This document shows positions 17,857 through 26,250 of a DNA stretch of 64,000 nucleotides, in pieces. The DNA is from Thermodesulfobacteriota bacterium (GTDB taxonomy: Bacteria; Desulfobacterota; Desulfobacteria; Desulfobacterales; SURF-7). Position numbers and translations under genes: made by a program. The DNA lies in the NCBI GenBank assembly GCA_049320885.1, contig JBMORA010000063.1:1-64000 (forward strand), given 5' to 3'. Below the pieces are notes generated by a model, which was given only the letters and a program-made list of their open reading frames with translations, was not told where the DNA came from and did not search any database. Each line of letters begins with the position of its first letter. Within the stretch, counting starts at the first letter, position 1.

Positions 17857-19458
17857 TTAAAATCTCAGATTGCCGAAGGCCGGCTCACCGATCTCCCGCA
17901 AAAGACTGACCTCGAAGGCCATGGCCAGCCAATCGCGGATTTCCGCAAATTTAAGCACCCGGTCGCTGAGCAACCGCGCACCGCAATAAAACGGATGAGC
18001 CTCACCGTCGTATTTAGCGATCATTTTTTCACGAAACGCTTGTTTTTCCTCTTCGCTCATGGGTTTGCCGGAACTTTCCCGCTTGCGCTCTTCTATGGAA
18101 AGCAGCACTCCCGCGGCGCTCCGGCCGCTCATCACCGATGTACGCGACCGCATGGTATGGAACAGAAAATGGGGCCGATAGGCCCGACCGCACATCCCGT
18201 AGTTGGCGGCCCCGTTATCCGGACCGATCACGAGTTGGATCCGCGGTACTTGGGCGCAGGAAACCGCCCGCACCATGTCGGCGCCGTATTTTCCGATACC
18301 CATATGCTCGGATTCCGAACCGACCATATAGCCGGGTGAATTCTGCACGAACAGCAGCGGCACTTTTTCCTGACTGCAGCGGATAATCCATTCCGCCGCC
18401 TTGCGGGCGGCTTCGAAAAAAATAATCCCCACCTGATTCGAGGCAATGACTCCCACCGGCAACCCTTTGATGCGGATCTTTCCGGTGACGATGTTGTCAC
18501 CCCGTCCAGGGGCGTAGTTTTTCTTGTATTCGATGATCTGGCTGTCATCGGCGACGGCGTGCAGGAACATACGGACATCCACTCCCTGCTGAACGGACGC
18601 CGGCAGGTTTTCATAGATGGATTCAACGGGAAGCTGAGGAGGAACCTCGGCATACCGGTGCAGATGGAGTTTCTGCGGGGGTTCCAGAGAAAGAATTTCC
18701 CTGACCTGCTCGATGGCCTCGGTCTGATTGCGGCAGAAATGGTCGGCCCCGCCGGACACATGGGTATGAACCCTGGCTCCGCCCAAATCTTCAGCGGAGA
18801 TCACTTCCCCGGTGGCCATTTTGACCAGAGGGGGGCCCCCAAGAAAGGAATAGGCCAACTTGTCGATCATCACCGCCTGGCAGGCCATGAAGACCATATA
18901 AGCGCCGCCGGCCGTGTTTCCGCCGGTGCTGAGGGTGACCTGTTTCAATCCCTGGGCCGACATGCGGGCCATATTGTAGAACATGGAGCCGAAATGCTGG
19001 TCATCCGGGAACACGTCCGCCTGCATGGGCAGAAACGCGCCGCCCGAATCGGCGATATAGACGCAATTCAGGCCGCAACGCTCCGCAATGGCCTGGGCGC
19101 GCATATGCTTCTTCAGGGTGATGGGAAAATACGTACCGGCTTTCACGCGGCTGTCGTTCCCGAATATCATGGTCCAGTTGCCGTGGATTTTACCGATGCC
19201 GGTGACGACCCCGCCACAGGGCACATCTTCCACACCGGGATAATTCATTCCGAAACCGGCTATGCGGGACAATTCATAAAATTCCGTGCCGGGATCGATC
19301 AGTTCCTGGATCAATACCCGCACGGGCTTCTTGCCTTGTTTGGCCAAGCGGTCCACTGCTTCCTGGCCGTCCGGCCACATGGCCTGATACAGCAATTCAT
19401 CCAGCTTTCTTTCCTCATTCTCCCAAAAGACCCTGTTTTCAATTCCCATGCTCGTCAT
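17857..19458 (-). CDS. Acyl-CoA carboxyltransferase (methylcrotonyl-CoA carboxylase beta-like)
   Basis: KKHMRAQAIA, DSGGAFLP, TAGGAY, FLGGPPLVKMATGE, GAANYGMCGRAY. Confidence 0.9.
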   Translation of the reverse strand: MTSMGIENRVFWENEERKLDELLYQAMWPDGQEAVDRLAKQGKKPVRVLIQELIDPGTEFYELSRIAGFGMNYPGVEDVPCGGVVTGIGKIHGNWTMIFGNDSRVKAGTYFPITLKKHMRAQAIAERCGLNCVYIADSGGAFLPMQADVFPDDQHFGSMFYNMARMSAQGLKQVTLSTGGNTAGGAYMVFMACQAVMIDKLAYSFLGGPPLVKMATGEVISAEDLGGARVHTHVSGGADHFCRNQTEAIEQVREILSLEPPQKLHLHRYAEVPPQLPVESIYENLPASVQQGVDVRMFLHAVADDSQIIEYKKNYAPGRGDNIVTGKIRIKGLPVGVIASNQVGIIFFEAARKAAEWIIRCSQEKVPLLFVQNSPGYMVGSESEHMGIGKYGADMVRAVSCAQVPRIQLVIGPDNGAANYGMCGRAYRPHFLFHTMRSRTSVMSGRSAAGVLLSIEERKRESSGKPMSEEEKQAFREKMIAKYDGEAHPFYCGARLLSDRVLKFAEIRDWLAMAFEVSLLREIGEPAFGNLRF

Positions 19459-19543
19459 GGTGTGCCCCTATTCTGCAGTAATTTCGGTCGTCACGAAGGA
19501 TGTCGTTTATTATCGCGCCTGTAAAAAATTCCAACCCAGCCCG

Positions 19544-20326
19544 CTATTTGCCGATATAGACCGGTTTACGCTTTTCCCGAAAAGCGGCGAGCCCCTCCAG
19601 CCGGTCCTGGGTCGGGATGGTTATCCAATATGCATTGGACTCGATGGCCAGCCCGGTGTGGAGATCCGTCTCCAAGCCCATGTTGACGGCATATTTGGCC
19701 TGCTCGATGGCAATGGGGCCCGTCTCGCAAATCATGGCCGCCATCTTCCGGCATTCCTCCATGAGGTTTTCTGGCGCACATACCTGGTTCACAAGGCCGA
19801 TGTGCAAGGCCTCTGCCGCATCCACCCGCCGGCCGGTAAAGATCAGCTCCTTTGCCTTGCCGCGCCCGATAAGACGGGGCAGACGCTGGGTTCCTCCCGC
19901 ACCGGGGATGATCGCCAGCCGGGTTTCGGTCAGGCCCATGCTCGCGGTTTCCGCCGCCACCCGGATATCGGCGGCCAGCAGCAATTCTGTCCCACCCCCC
20001 AGTGCGATGCCGTTGACAGCCGCGATAACCGGTTTATTCAGGGATTCGATGCTCGTAAAAAGATTGCGGATGGTAAAAATGAACCGTTTGACTTCCTGTT
20101 CGGGCAGCGTTGCCCTTTCCTTCAGGTCGGCGCCGGAGCAAAAGGCCTTTTCTCCTGCTCCGGTGATAATGACTACTCGAATCTCCGGTTGGAAACGGAT
20201 GGTTTCGATACGTGCTTTCAAAGCCTCCAGCAAAGCGAAATTAAACGAATTCATCACTTGCGGACGATTCAGCGTCAGCGTCACGATCCGGTCTTTTTCT
20301 TCGTATAACAGCACTTGTTCGTTCAT
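19544..20326 (-). CDS. Enoyl-CoA hydratase (methylglutaconyl-CoA hydratase-like)
   Basis: FCSGADLKER, ALGGGTE and LTETRLAIIPGAGGTQRL. Confidence 0.92.
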   Translation of the reverse strand: MNEQVLLYEEKDRIVTLTLNRPQVMNSFNFALLEALKARIETIRFQPEIRVVIITGAGEKAFCSGADLKERATLPEQEVKRFIFTIRNLFTSIESLNKPVIAAVNGIALGGGTELLLAADIRVAAETASMGLTETRLAIIPGAGGTQRLPRLIGRGKAKELIFTGRRVDAAEALHIGLVNQVCAPENLMEECRKMAAMICETGPIAIEQAKYAVNMGLETDLHTGLAIESNAYWITIPTQDRLEGLAAFREKRKPVYIGK

Positions 20327-20351
20327 ATGGCCTCCAGGCAGTCGTTCTTTT

Positions 20352-21500
20352 TCAGCATCCGATATACCGGGAAATCACCAGCCGTTGAACCTCCGACGTA
20401 CCCTCGCCGATATCCAGCAGTTTCTGATCCCGGTAAAACCGTTCAACACTGTACTCTTTCATCAAACCATAGCCGCCATGAATCTGGACGGCATGATTGG
20501 CCACTCTGCCCATTAACTCGGAACAATACAGCTTGGCCATGGCCGCTTCCTTTTCAAACGGACGGCCCTGGCTTCTGAGCCAGCAGGCCTTATACAGCAG
20601 ATTGCGGCCACACTCGATCTCCGTGGCACAGTCCGCCAGCTTGAATGCAATCGCTTGGAATTTCGAGATCGGCTGCCCGAATTGCTCACGTTTCCTCGCA
20701 TATTTCAGGGCAAGTTCATAGGCTCCCTGGGCGCCGCCCAGTCCCATGGCGCCGATGGACAACCGGCCGCCGTCCAAGGTTTTCAGCATCTGATGGAAGC
20801 CGTCCCCCTGGTTTCCCAGGATATTCTCATGGGGCACACGGACATCGTCGAAATACAACTCGGCCGTGTTGGAGGCGCGCCACATCATTTTTTGATGCAT
20901 GGGAACCGCCTTGAATCCGGGCGTGCCTCTTTCAACGATAAAGCAGCTGTACTCCGGTTTGCCGTTGGGACGCACTCCGGTCACCGCCTGCACGGTTACC
21001 CCCAGGGTCATTTCCGTTGCCGCATTGGTGATGAATATTTTCGAACCATTGATGACCCATTCATTGCCATCTTTCACGGCGGTGGTTTTGCTGCCGCCGG
21101 CGTCTGATCCCGCGGTGGGTTCGGTCAAGCCGAACCCCCAGAGGGCTTCACCCCGGCATAGTTTCGGCAGGTACCGTTTCTTTTGTTCCTCCGTCCCGAA
21201 ATAATACAGCGGACCGATTCCCAGAGAATTGCCAGCCGCGATGGTGGCTGCCTGGGAACCATCCACCCGGGCGATTTCCTCTACGGCAATGATATAGGAC
21301 AGGTAATCCATCCCCTGGCCTTCATATTCTTCGGACACAAACATGCCAAATAGACCGATCTCCCCCATCTTCCGGGTCAATCCCTCCGAGAATTCCTCCT
21401 TTTCATCCAGTTCTAGCGCCACCGGGACAACTTCTTTTTCGGCGAATTTCCGGACTTCCCGGCGTATCATTTCCTGTTCGTTTGTCAGATCAAAATCCAA
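20352..21500 (-). CDS. Acyl-CoA dehydrogenase (isovaleryl-CoA dehydrogenase by context)
   Basis: LTEPTAGSDAG, GSKIFITN, REQFG, QIHGGYG, IGEGTSE. TTG start at 21500 with GAAGGAGG RBS. Confidence 0.92.
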   Translation of the reverse strand: MDFDLTNEQEMIRREVRKFAEKEVVPVALELDEKEEFSEGLTRKMGEIGLFGMFVSEEYEGQGMDYLSYIIAVEEIARVDGSQAATIAAGNSLGIGPLYYFGTEEQKKRYLPKLCRGEALWGFGLTEPTAGSDAGGSKTTAVKDGNEWVINGSKIFITNAATEMTLGVTVQAVTGVRPNGKPEYSCFIVERGTPGFKAVPMHQKMMWRASNTAELYFDDVRVPHENILGNQGDGFHQMLKTLDGGRLSIGAMGLGGAQGAYELALKYARKREQFGQPISKFQAIAFKLADCATEIECGRNLLYKACWLRSQGRPFEKEAAMAKLYCSELMGRVANHAVQIHGGYGLMKEYSVERFYRDQKLLDIGEGTSEVQRLVISRYIGC

Positions 21501-21657
21501 GGCCCCCTCCTTCAAGCGGCTGCCCCTTTTATGCAGCGGCGGCAACCATGCTCGCGCATCCTTTTGAGATATTCCCGCTCCCGCCAGCCGCCGAAGTACC
21601 GCTTCCGGAAAAGGGTTGCAGCCACTGCAGCGGATGGCAGATACACATCCAAAAAAC

Positions 21658-21748
21658 CAATTTTGACCAAGCGCTCAGTCGGTATTCTCCATCAGGATTC
21701 TGATCGAGCGCTCAGTCTGTATATCGGGCATTCCATTCGGTTTGTCAA
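21658..21748 (-). promoter_or_regulatory. liu-like operon promoter with two palindromic operators
   Basis: TTGACA at 21748-21743. Imperfect palindromes GACCAAGCGCTCAGTC (21665-21680) and GATCGAGCGCTCAGTC (21702-21717), consensus GACTGAGCGCTCAGTC, lie downstream of the -10 region. Confidence 0.75.
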
Positions 21749-21938
21749 CTTTTTTCTGGCGCGATGTTTGGATCACAAGCAATTACAATGGATAATCGAA
21801 TCAACGACGGACGGCTTGGCTCCGCGAATTCTGTTCCGGACGAATGAGAACATGCCGGCATGGTCAGCGAAACTGCCGCGACAGGCGGATGGGCCGAATT
21901 GTCTCAACGCGCAACCGGAAGGATGGCGTCTCTGGGGC

Positions 21939-22361
21939 TTACATTTTTTCAACCAGGGATTTCAGGATTTCTTCCTGGTATTTGGTCACGTTCGAAAATT
22001 TCACGGCAATGCCGTCATTGGTTGTCCGTGTCACCTTGCCGGTGATCCGGAAAGGAATTTCGGAATTGGGGATGGAAAACGTGAGGTAGATCTCCTGGCC
22101 GGCGGCAAACAATTCCCGCGTCTCAATAAAAATTCCGCCGGCGCCGATATCTTGAATGAAGTCTCTGAAGAAACGATCCTGGGTGGAATAGTCGACCGCA
22201 ATGAGGCAGGAACGCCTGTTATGTTCCCTTTGCCCCAACAAATTCCATTCATTCAAGAGCTCCAGCAGCTTCTGTTGTTTGCTTTCCGGCATAATCCGGA
22301 TAATCTGAATCAGCTGTTCCGTGACATTTCCCGATTTTTTTTGATCTTCTGAAGCTGCCAT
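21939..22361 (-). CDS. PilZ-domain (c-di-GMP receptor) protein
   Basis: QREHNR (RxxxR) and DIGAGG (DxSxxG-like) motifs. Confidence 0.88.
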   Translation of the reverse strand: MAASEDQKKSGNVTEQLIQIIRIMPESKQQKLLELLNEWNLLGQREHNRRSCLIAVDYSTQDRFFRDFIQDIGAGGIFIETRELFAAGQEIYLTFSIPNSEIPFRITGKVTRTTNDGIAVKFSNVTKYQEEILKSLVEKM

Positions 22362-22439
22362 AGTGGGTATCCTCTGTTTGGCGACGATGCGCGATGGATC
22401 GTTTTCCGAAAACGGGAATAATAAGGAATAATAAGATTA

Positions 22440-22469
22440 ATGATACAACGAAGTGGTAGAACTTGTCAA
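22440..22469 (-). promoter_or_regulatory. sigma70-like promoter for the PilZ gene
   Basis: TTGACA-18 nt-TATCAT. Confidence 0.5.
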
Positions 22470-22528
22470 TTGTTTAATGAAAACAATAGACAAAAAGGCC
22501 GGCAGCCGAGGCGTTCAAACAATCGAAT

Positions 22529-24328
22529 CTACTGTCCGGCATCGATGAATTCTATTTCCACCCTCCGGTTGAATTTTCTTCCCGCTGCAGTGGCATTGCT
22601 GCCTGTCGGATTCTCCGGCCCCATGCCCGAAACGACCATCGAATCAGGATGGACGCCTTTTCCCACCAGGTAGCTCTTGATGATATTGGCTCGAAACAGG
22701 GACAGGCTTTTATTATAGCTGTATACACCCGATGAATCGGTGTATCCGACGATTTTCAGCTTCCGGGAAGCATCGCCTTTCAAGACCGCCGCCATACGAT
22801 CCAGGGCTTTTCTTTCCGCATCCGGCAGTTCGTTGGAGTTATGGTTGAAGTAGATGATCTTTTTCGGCTGGGCGGGTTTTACCCCGACCGGCGTTGTTGT
22901 TTCCCGGGCAAACGAAATGGAACCTTCTTGTATGGAACTCCCCGTTGTCGCGATGGGGCGGGCGGGGACATGCGCTTCGGCTTCGGTCATTTTTTCCAGA
23001 TTCCTGTCAGGGATGTCCGCGGAATGGATGCCACCATTATGGACCGATCCGTCCGGGGTCGTTTGCATTGCCGGGAAGGCTCCTGCCGGAGAAGCAACCA
23101 CCCCATGCGGGGCAACCGCATCCTCATTGGAAGTGATTTCTCCGGCAAGACCCTGCGGTTGTGTTTCCGAGTTGATCAATGGAACATTTTCAGGACGATC
23201 ATCCCTCCGGGAGGCGTCCATTTCTTCCGGCCGTTTTGAGCCATCGAGCTCTTTTCCCGACCAGCGGTGGTTTGTTCCCAACAGGGCCCGCCAGTATTTT
23301 TCCAAATCGTCCCGATATGCCGTATTTTGACTCAGGAAATAAACGGCTGCCGCGCACACGGCCATGAAACAAAAGGCAGCGATCGGAATCCCATAACCAC
23401 GGCGAACCTGGCCAGAATGTTGATTGTTATCGGTATCCTCGGTCGTTACCTCCGGTATTGCCGGCACAACCGCCCGGGTCGGTTCATCCGGAGTCTTCCT
23501 TTTCTCATCGGTTTGCTTGGTGCTGCGGGGAATTTGCAGATCCTCCGCGCATTCCCGGATGATCCCCGGCCCGATCAACGTAACCCCCTTGACGAATCCG
23601 GTCAGCAACGCATGATCACAGATGATATTAATCATACGGGGGAAACCTTCGGAAAACTGCATAATGCCCCGTACCGCCTCCGACGTGAAAATCTTCTTGT
23701 CCGTTCCCGCGACCCTCAGCCGATGACGGATATATTCCCCGATTTCTTCCTCGGTAAGGGCATACACATTATAGTTTACCGTAATCCGCTGACGTAATGC
23801 ACGGTTCCGGGGTTCCCAGAGCAGGTCGTTGAATTCATTCTGACCCACAAAAAAGATATTGATCAATTTGGTGTTCTGCTTCTCGATATTCGACAGCAGG
23901 CGAATTTCCTCCAACAACTCATGATTGAGGCGCTGGGATTCGTCGATTATCAGCAGGACCTTCTTGTTCGCTTGGTTGGCCTGATCGAGAAAATGCCGGA
24001 AATAAAATAAAAAATCTCCTTTACTCGCGAACCTCTTTTTGATCCCGAAGGCACCGGCGATATAGTTGAAAAAATCCATGCCGGAAAGACCCGGATCCGG
24101 CACGAAAGCGGCTATCACTTCATCACCCAGACCATCCAGCAGCGCGTTGATCAGGGTTGTTTTGCCAGTACCCACATCGCCGGTCAACAACAGGAAGCCC
24201 CGGTTTTCGACTATGCCGTATCTCAAAATGGCCAGGGCTTCCTTATGATTTTCGCCCAACCACAAAAATTTCGGGTCGGCGCTGATTTGGAAGGGCTTCG
24301 ATTGTAATTGATAATGCTCCAGGTACAT
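22529..24328 (-). CDS. ExeA/GspA-family AAA ATPase with TM and C-terminal OmpA-like domain
   Basis: MYLEHYQL..KPF, Walker A GDVGTGKTT, IIDESQ, GFPRMINIICD; C-terminal VGYTDS...NRRVE. Confidence 0.9.
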   Translation of the reverse strand: MYLEHYQLQSKPFQISADPKFLWLGENHKEALAILRYGIVENRGFLLLTGDVGTGKTTLINALLDGLGDEVIAAFVPDPGLSGMDFFNYIAGAFGIKKRFASKGDFLFYFRHFLDQANQANKKVLLIIDESQRLNHELLEEIRLLSNIEKQNTKLINIFFVGQNEFNDLLWEPRNRALRQRITVNYNVYALTEEEIGEYIRHRLRVAGTDKKIFTSEAVRGIMQFSEGFPRMINIICDHALLTGFVKGVTLIGPGIIRECAEDLQIPRSTKQTDEKRKTPDEPTRAVVPAIPEVTTEDTDNNQHSGQVRRGYGIPIAAFCFMAVCAAAVYFLSQNTAYRDDLEKYWRALLGTNHRWSGKELDGSKRPEEMDASRRDDRPENVPLINSETQPQGLAGEITSNEDAVAPHGVVASPAGAFPAMQTTPDGSVHNGGIHSADIPDRNLEKMTEAEAHVPARPIATTGSSIQEGSISFARETTTPVGVKPAQPKKIIYFNHNSNELPDAERKALDRMAAVLKGDASRKLKIVGYTDSSGVYSYNKSLSLFRANIIKSYLVGKGVHPDSMVVSGMGPENPTGSNATAAGRKFNRRVEIEFIDAGQ

Positions 24329-24373
24329 ACGGTTATGATGATTCCATTAAAAGGCTGATTGGTCTAATGAGGG

Positions 24374-24733
24374 TTATTCCTCACCTTCACTCCGGTTCTT
24401 TCCCTTGGCGATGATTTCCAGGAGTCCGATGATCTGGTTGTTTTGCTCGATCAGTTTGTCGTATTTCTCAATAATTGCTTCGTTTTGAACGGCTATTTTC
24501 TGATTCTGGCGATAGATCAACCCGAGGGATTTGGTGGTGTAGAATCCGCCGAGCGCCGCCTGGGATAATTTGTAATCCGCATTGACCGAGCTGTTGGGCG
24601 AAGGGGCCAACTCCTCGTATGCCCGCCCGAATTCATCCATCAAGGTCCCCATTTCGTCGCAAAAGCCGCTGGCCGGCCACACCATAGTCAGACATATTGC
24701 GGTCAATAACAGGGTCTTTTGGAGTGCGCCCAT
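24374..24733 (-). CDS. Hypothetical secreted protein
   Basis: Signal-peptide-like N-terminus, C-terminal coiled coil, RBS AAGGAAG. Confidence 0.7.
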   Translation of the reverse strand: MGALQKTLLLTAICLTMVWPASGFCDEMGTLMDEFGRAYEELAPSPNSSVNADYKLSQAALGGFYTTKSLGLIYRQNQKIAVQNEAIIEKYDKLIEQNNQIIGLLEIIAKGKNRSEGEE

Positions 24734-24798
24734 GGTTTTCTTCCTTTATTATAGTTAACAATTGTTATCCTTATATCATGCAAAACCGGCGTTCGGCG

Positions 24799-25371
24799 TC
24801 AGGGAGGTATCGTTGGTCCGGTTTTGGCTGTCTGCTGCAATTGCATGGGTATATGCACAAATTTCCAATCGGAATACCGGCGGGCTTTTTCGAATTTCTG
24901 GTATATGGAAGGAAAATTACCGGTTTTGAGCGGCACCCCCCTGCTCCGGGAGCAAACCCCGCTGATTCCGGCCCCGGTATTTGAAATGAGAGCCCATTGA
25001 CCATTCCTGGTCAATGGATCGCGGTACAGCTTTCGCAGATGACGTTTGGTTCCCGGGAACCGCGGGTCTTTCAGCAGTTCCTCCAGACGCGTTGGATAAG
25101 CCGCCCCGCCCGATCCGCCGACTCCGGCATAGGAAGCGATGGCACGGCGGATCTGGTCCCCGCGGAACAGCAGTTCCTCCTCCCGCTCTCGTTTGGCGGT
25201 CAGCTGCCACACCCTCCCGGCTTCGGTGAGGGCGATACTAGATACGGCAATCAGGATCAGGGCGCTGATATACGTGAATCCGGTTTCGCATCGCCGAGTT
25301 CCGGCTTGGAACCCCCTGCCGGCCCTGGAAGCATGAAGCGACGGTTTCCCTTTTTCAATCCTACCACTCAT
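24799..25371 (-). CDS. Type II secretion pseudopilin-like protein
   Basis: GFTYISALILIAV prepilin-like motif; REREEELLFRG..IRRAI; HLRKLYRDP. Confidence 0.85.
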   Translation of the reverse strand: MSGRIEKGKPSLHASRAGRGFQAGTRRCETGFTYISALILIAVSSIALTEAGRVWQLTAKREREEELLFRGDQIRRAIASYAGVGGSGGAAYPTRLEELLKDPRFPGTKRHLRKLYRDPLTRNGQWALISNTGAGISGVCSRSRGVPLKTGNFPSIYQKFEKARRYSDWKFVHIPMQLQQTAKTGPTIPP

Positions 25372-25747
25372 TATATGGAGTTCCATCCAGACTGACACGA
25401 TAGCTGCCGCTATGGATATCGTATACGTTGCCCTCCTCGCCTTCATCGGGGGGTATGATGATCCATGTTTCGGAGCTTCCGGTAAACGGGTCCTTTGGAA
25501 CCGCCCGGATATATTTTTTTTCAACCAGGTCATGCAACGAATCCGGATAGCGTCCATGATCGCCGTAATGTTGATCGATCACATCCCGAAAAACAAACAG
25601 CATGTTTTTGAGCGATGTCTCCCGGGCCCTGATAATCGACCGCTGCATGTTCGGCAGGGCGATGGTGCCCAGGATGCTGATGATCGATATCACGATCATC
25701 AACTCAATCAAGGTATATCCTCTTCGATCCATCATTTTCATCGTCAT
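25361..25747 (-). CDS. Type II secretion pseudopilin (GspG/OxpG-like)
   Basis: GYTLIELMIV cleavage/methylation motif; YP..L..LV..KYIR.VP.DP. Confidence 0.9.
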   Translation of the reverse strand: MTMKMMDRRGYTLIELMIVISIISILGTIALPNMQRSIIRARETSLKNMLFVFRDVIDQHYGDHGRYPDSLHDLVEKKYIRAVPKDPFTGSSETWIIIPPDEGEEGNVYDIHSGSYRVSLDGTPYNEW

Positions 25748-25777
25748 GTCACGGTTATAGGGAACCCCATTTTGACG

Positions 25778-26248
25778 TCACCAATCCCTGTAAAAACTTC
25801 CATCCAGGGCTTGTTGATCGCTCTTGGAGTACACATCGAAGACATCCTGTCCGCCCCAGACATCGCTATCCGGTTCATCCTCATGGGATCTCATTCCCCA
25901 CTCACCATCCTCCATCATGGGATCCCTTGGTATCCGTCTCAGGAATTTCATCTTCATCTTCGTTGTTCCGTCGATCACTTCAGCCCCTTCCACGAGGAGT
26001 TCCAAATCCTTTGGATACCCGCTGGAAAGGGGGGGCAATTGAATTCTCTGTTCGTCGACCAGCTCCTTGTATTTGTCGATCGCCCTTCGAATCGTACGCA
26101 AATTCTGCCGCAGTTCCAGCTCTTTCATCCGTTTATAGGTCACTGTGGTAAGCGGCAGAATCCCCGCCGCGAGGATCGACAGAATCGCCATGGTTACAAT
26201 CATCTCGATCAGGCTGAATCCGCTGCGATCCGCCAAACGCCTCTTCAC
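25778..26248 (-). CDS. Type II secretion pseudopilin (GspG/PulG-like)
   Basis: GFSLIEMIV; GYPKDLELLVEG; FLRRIPRDP. GTG start. Confidence 0.9.
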   Translation of the reverse strand: MKRRLADRSGFSLIEMIVTMAILSILAAGILPLTTVTYKRMKELELRQNLRTIRRAIDKYKELVDEQRIQLPPLSSGYPKDLELLVEGAEVIDGTTKMKMKFLRRIPRDPMMEDGEWGMRSHEDEPDSDVWGGQDVFDVYSKSDQQALDGSFYRDW

Positions 26249-26250
26249 CG

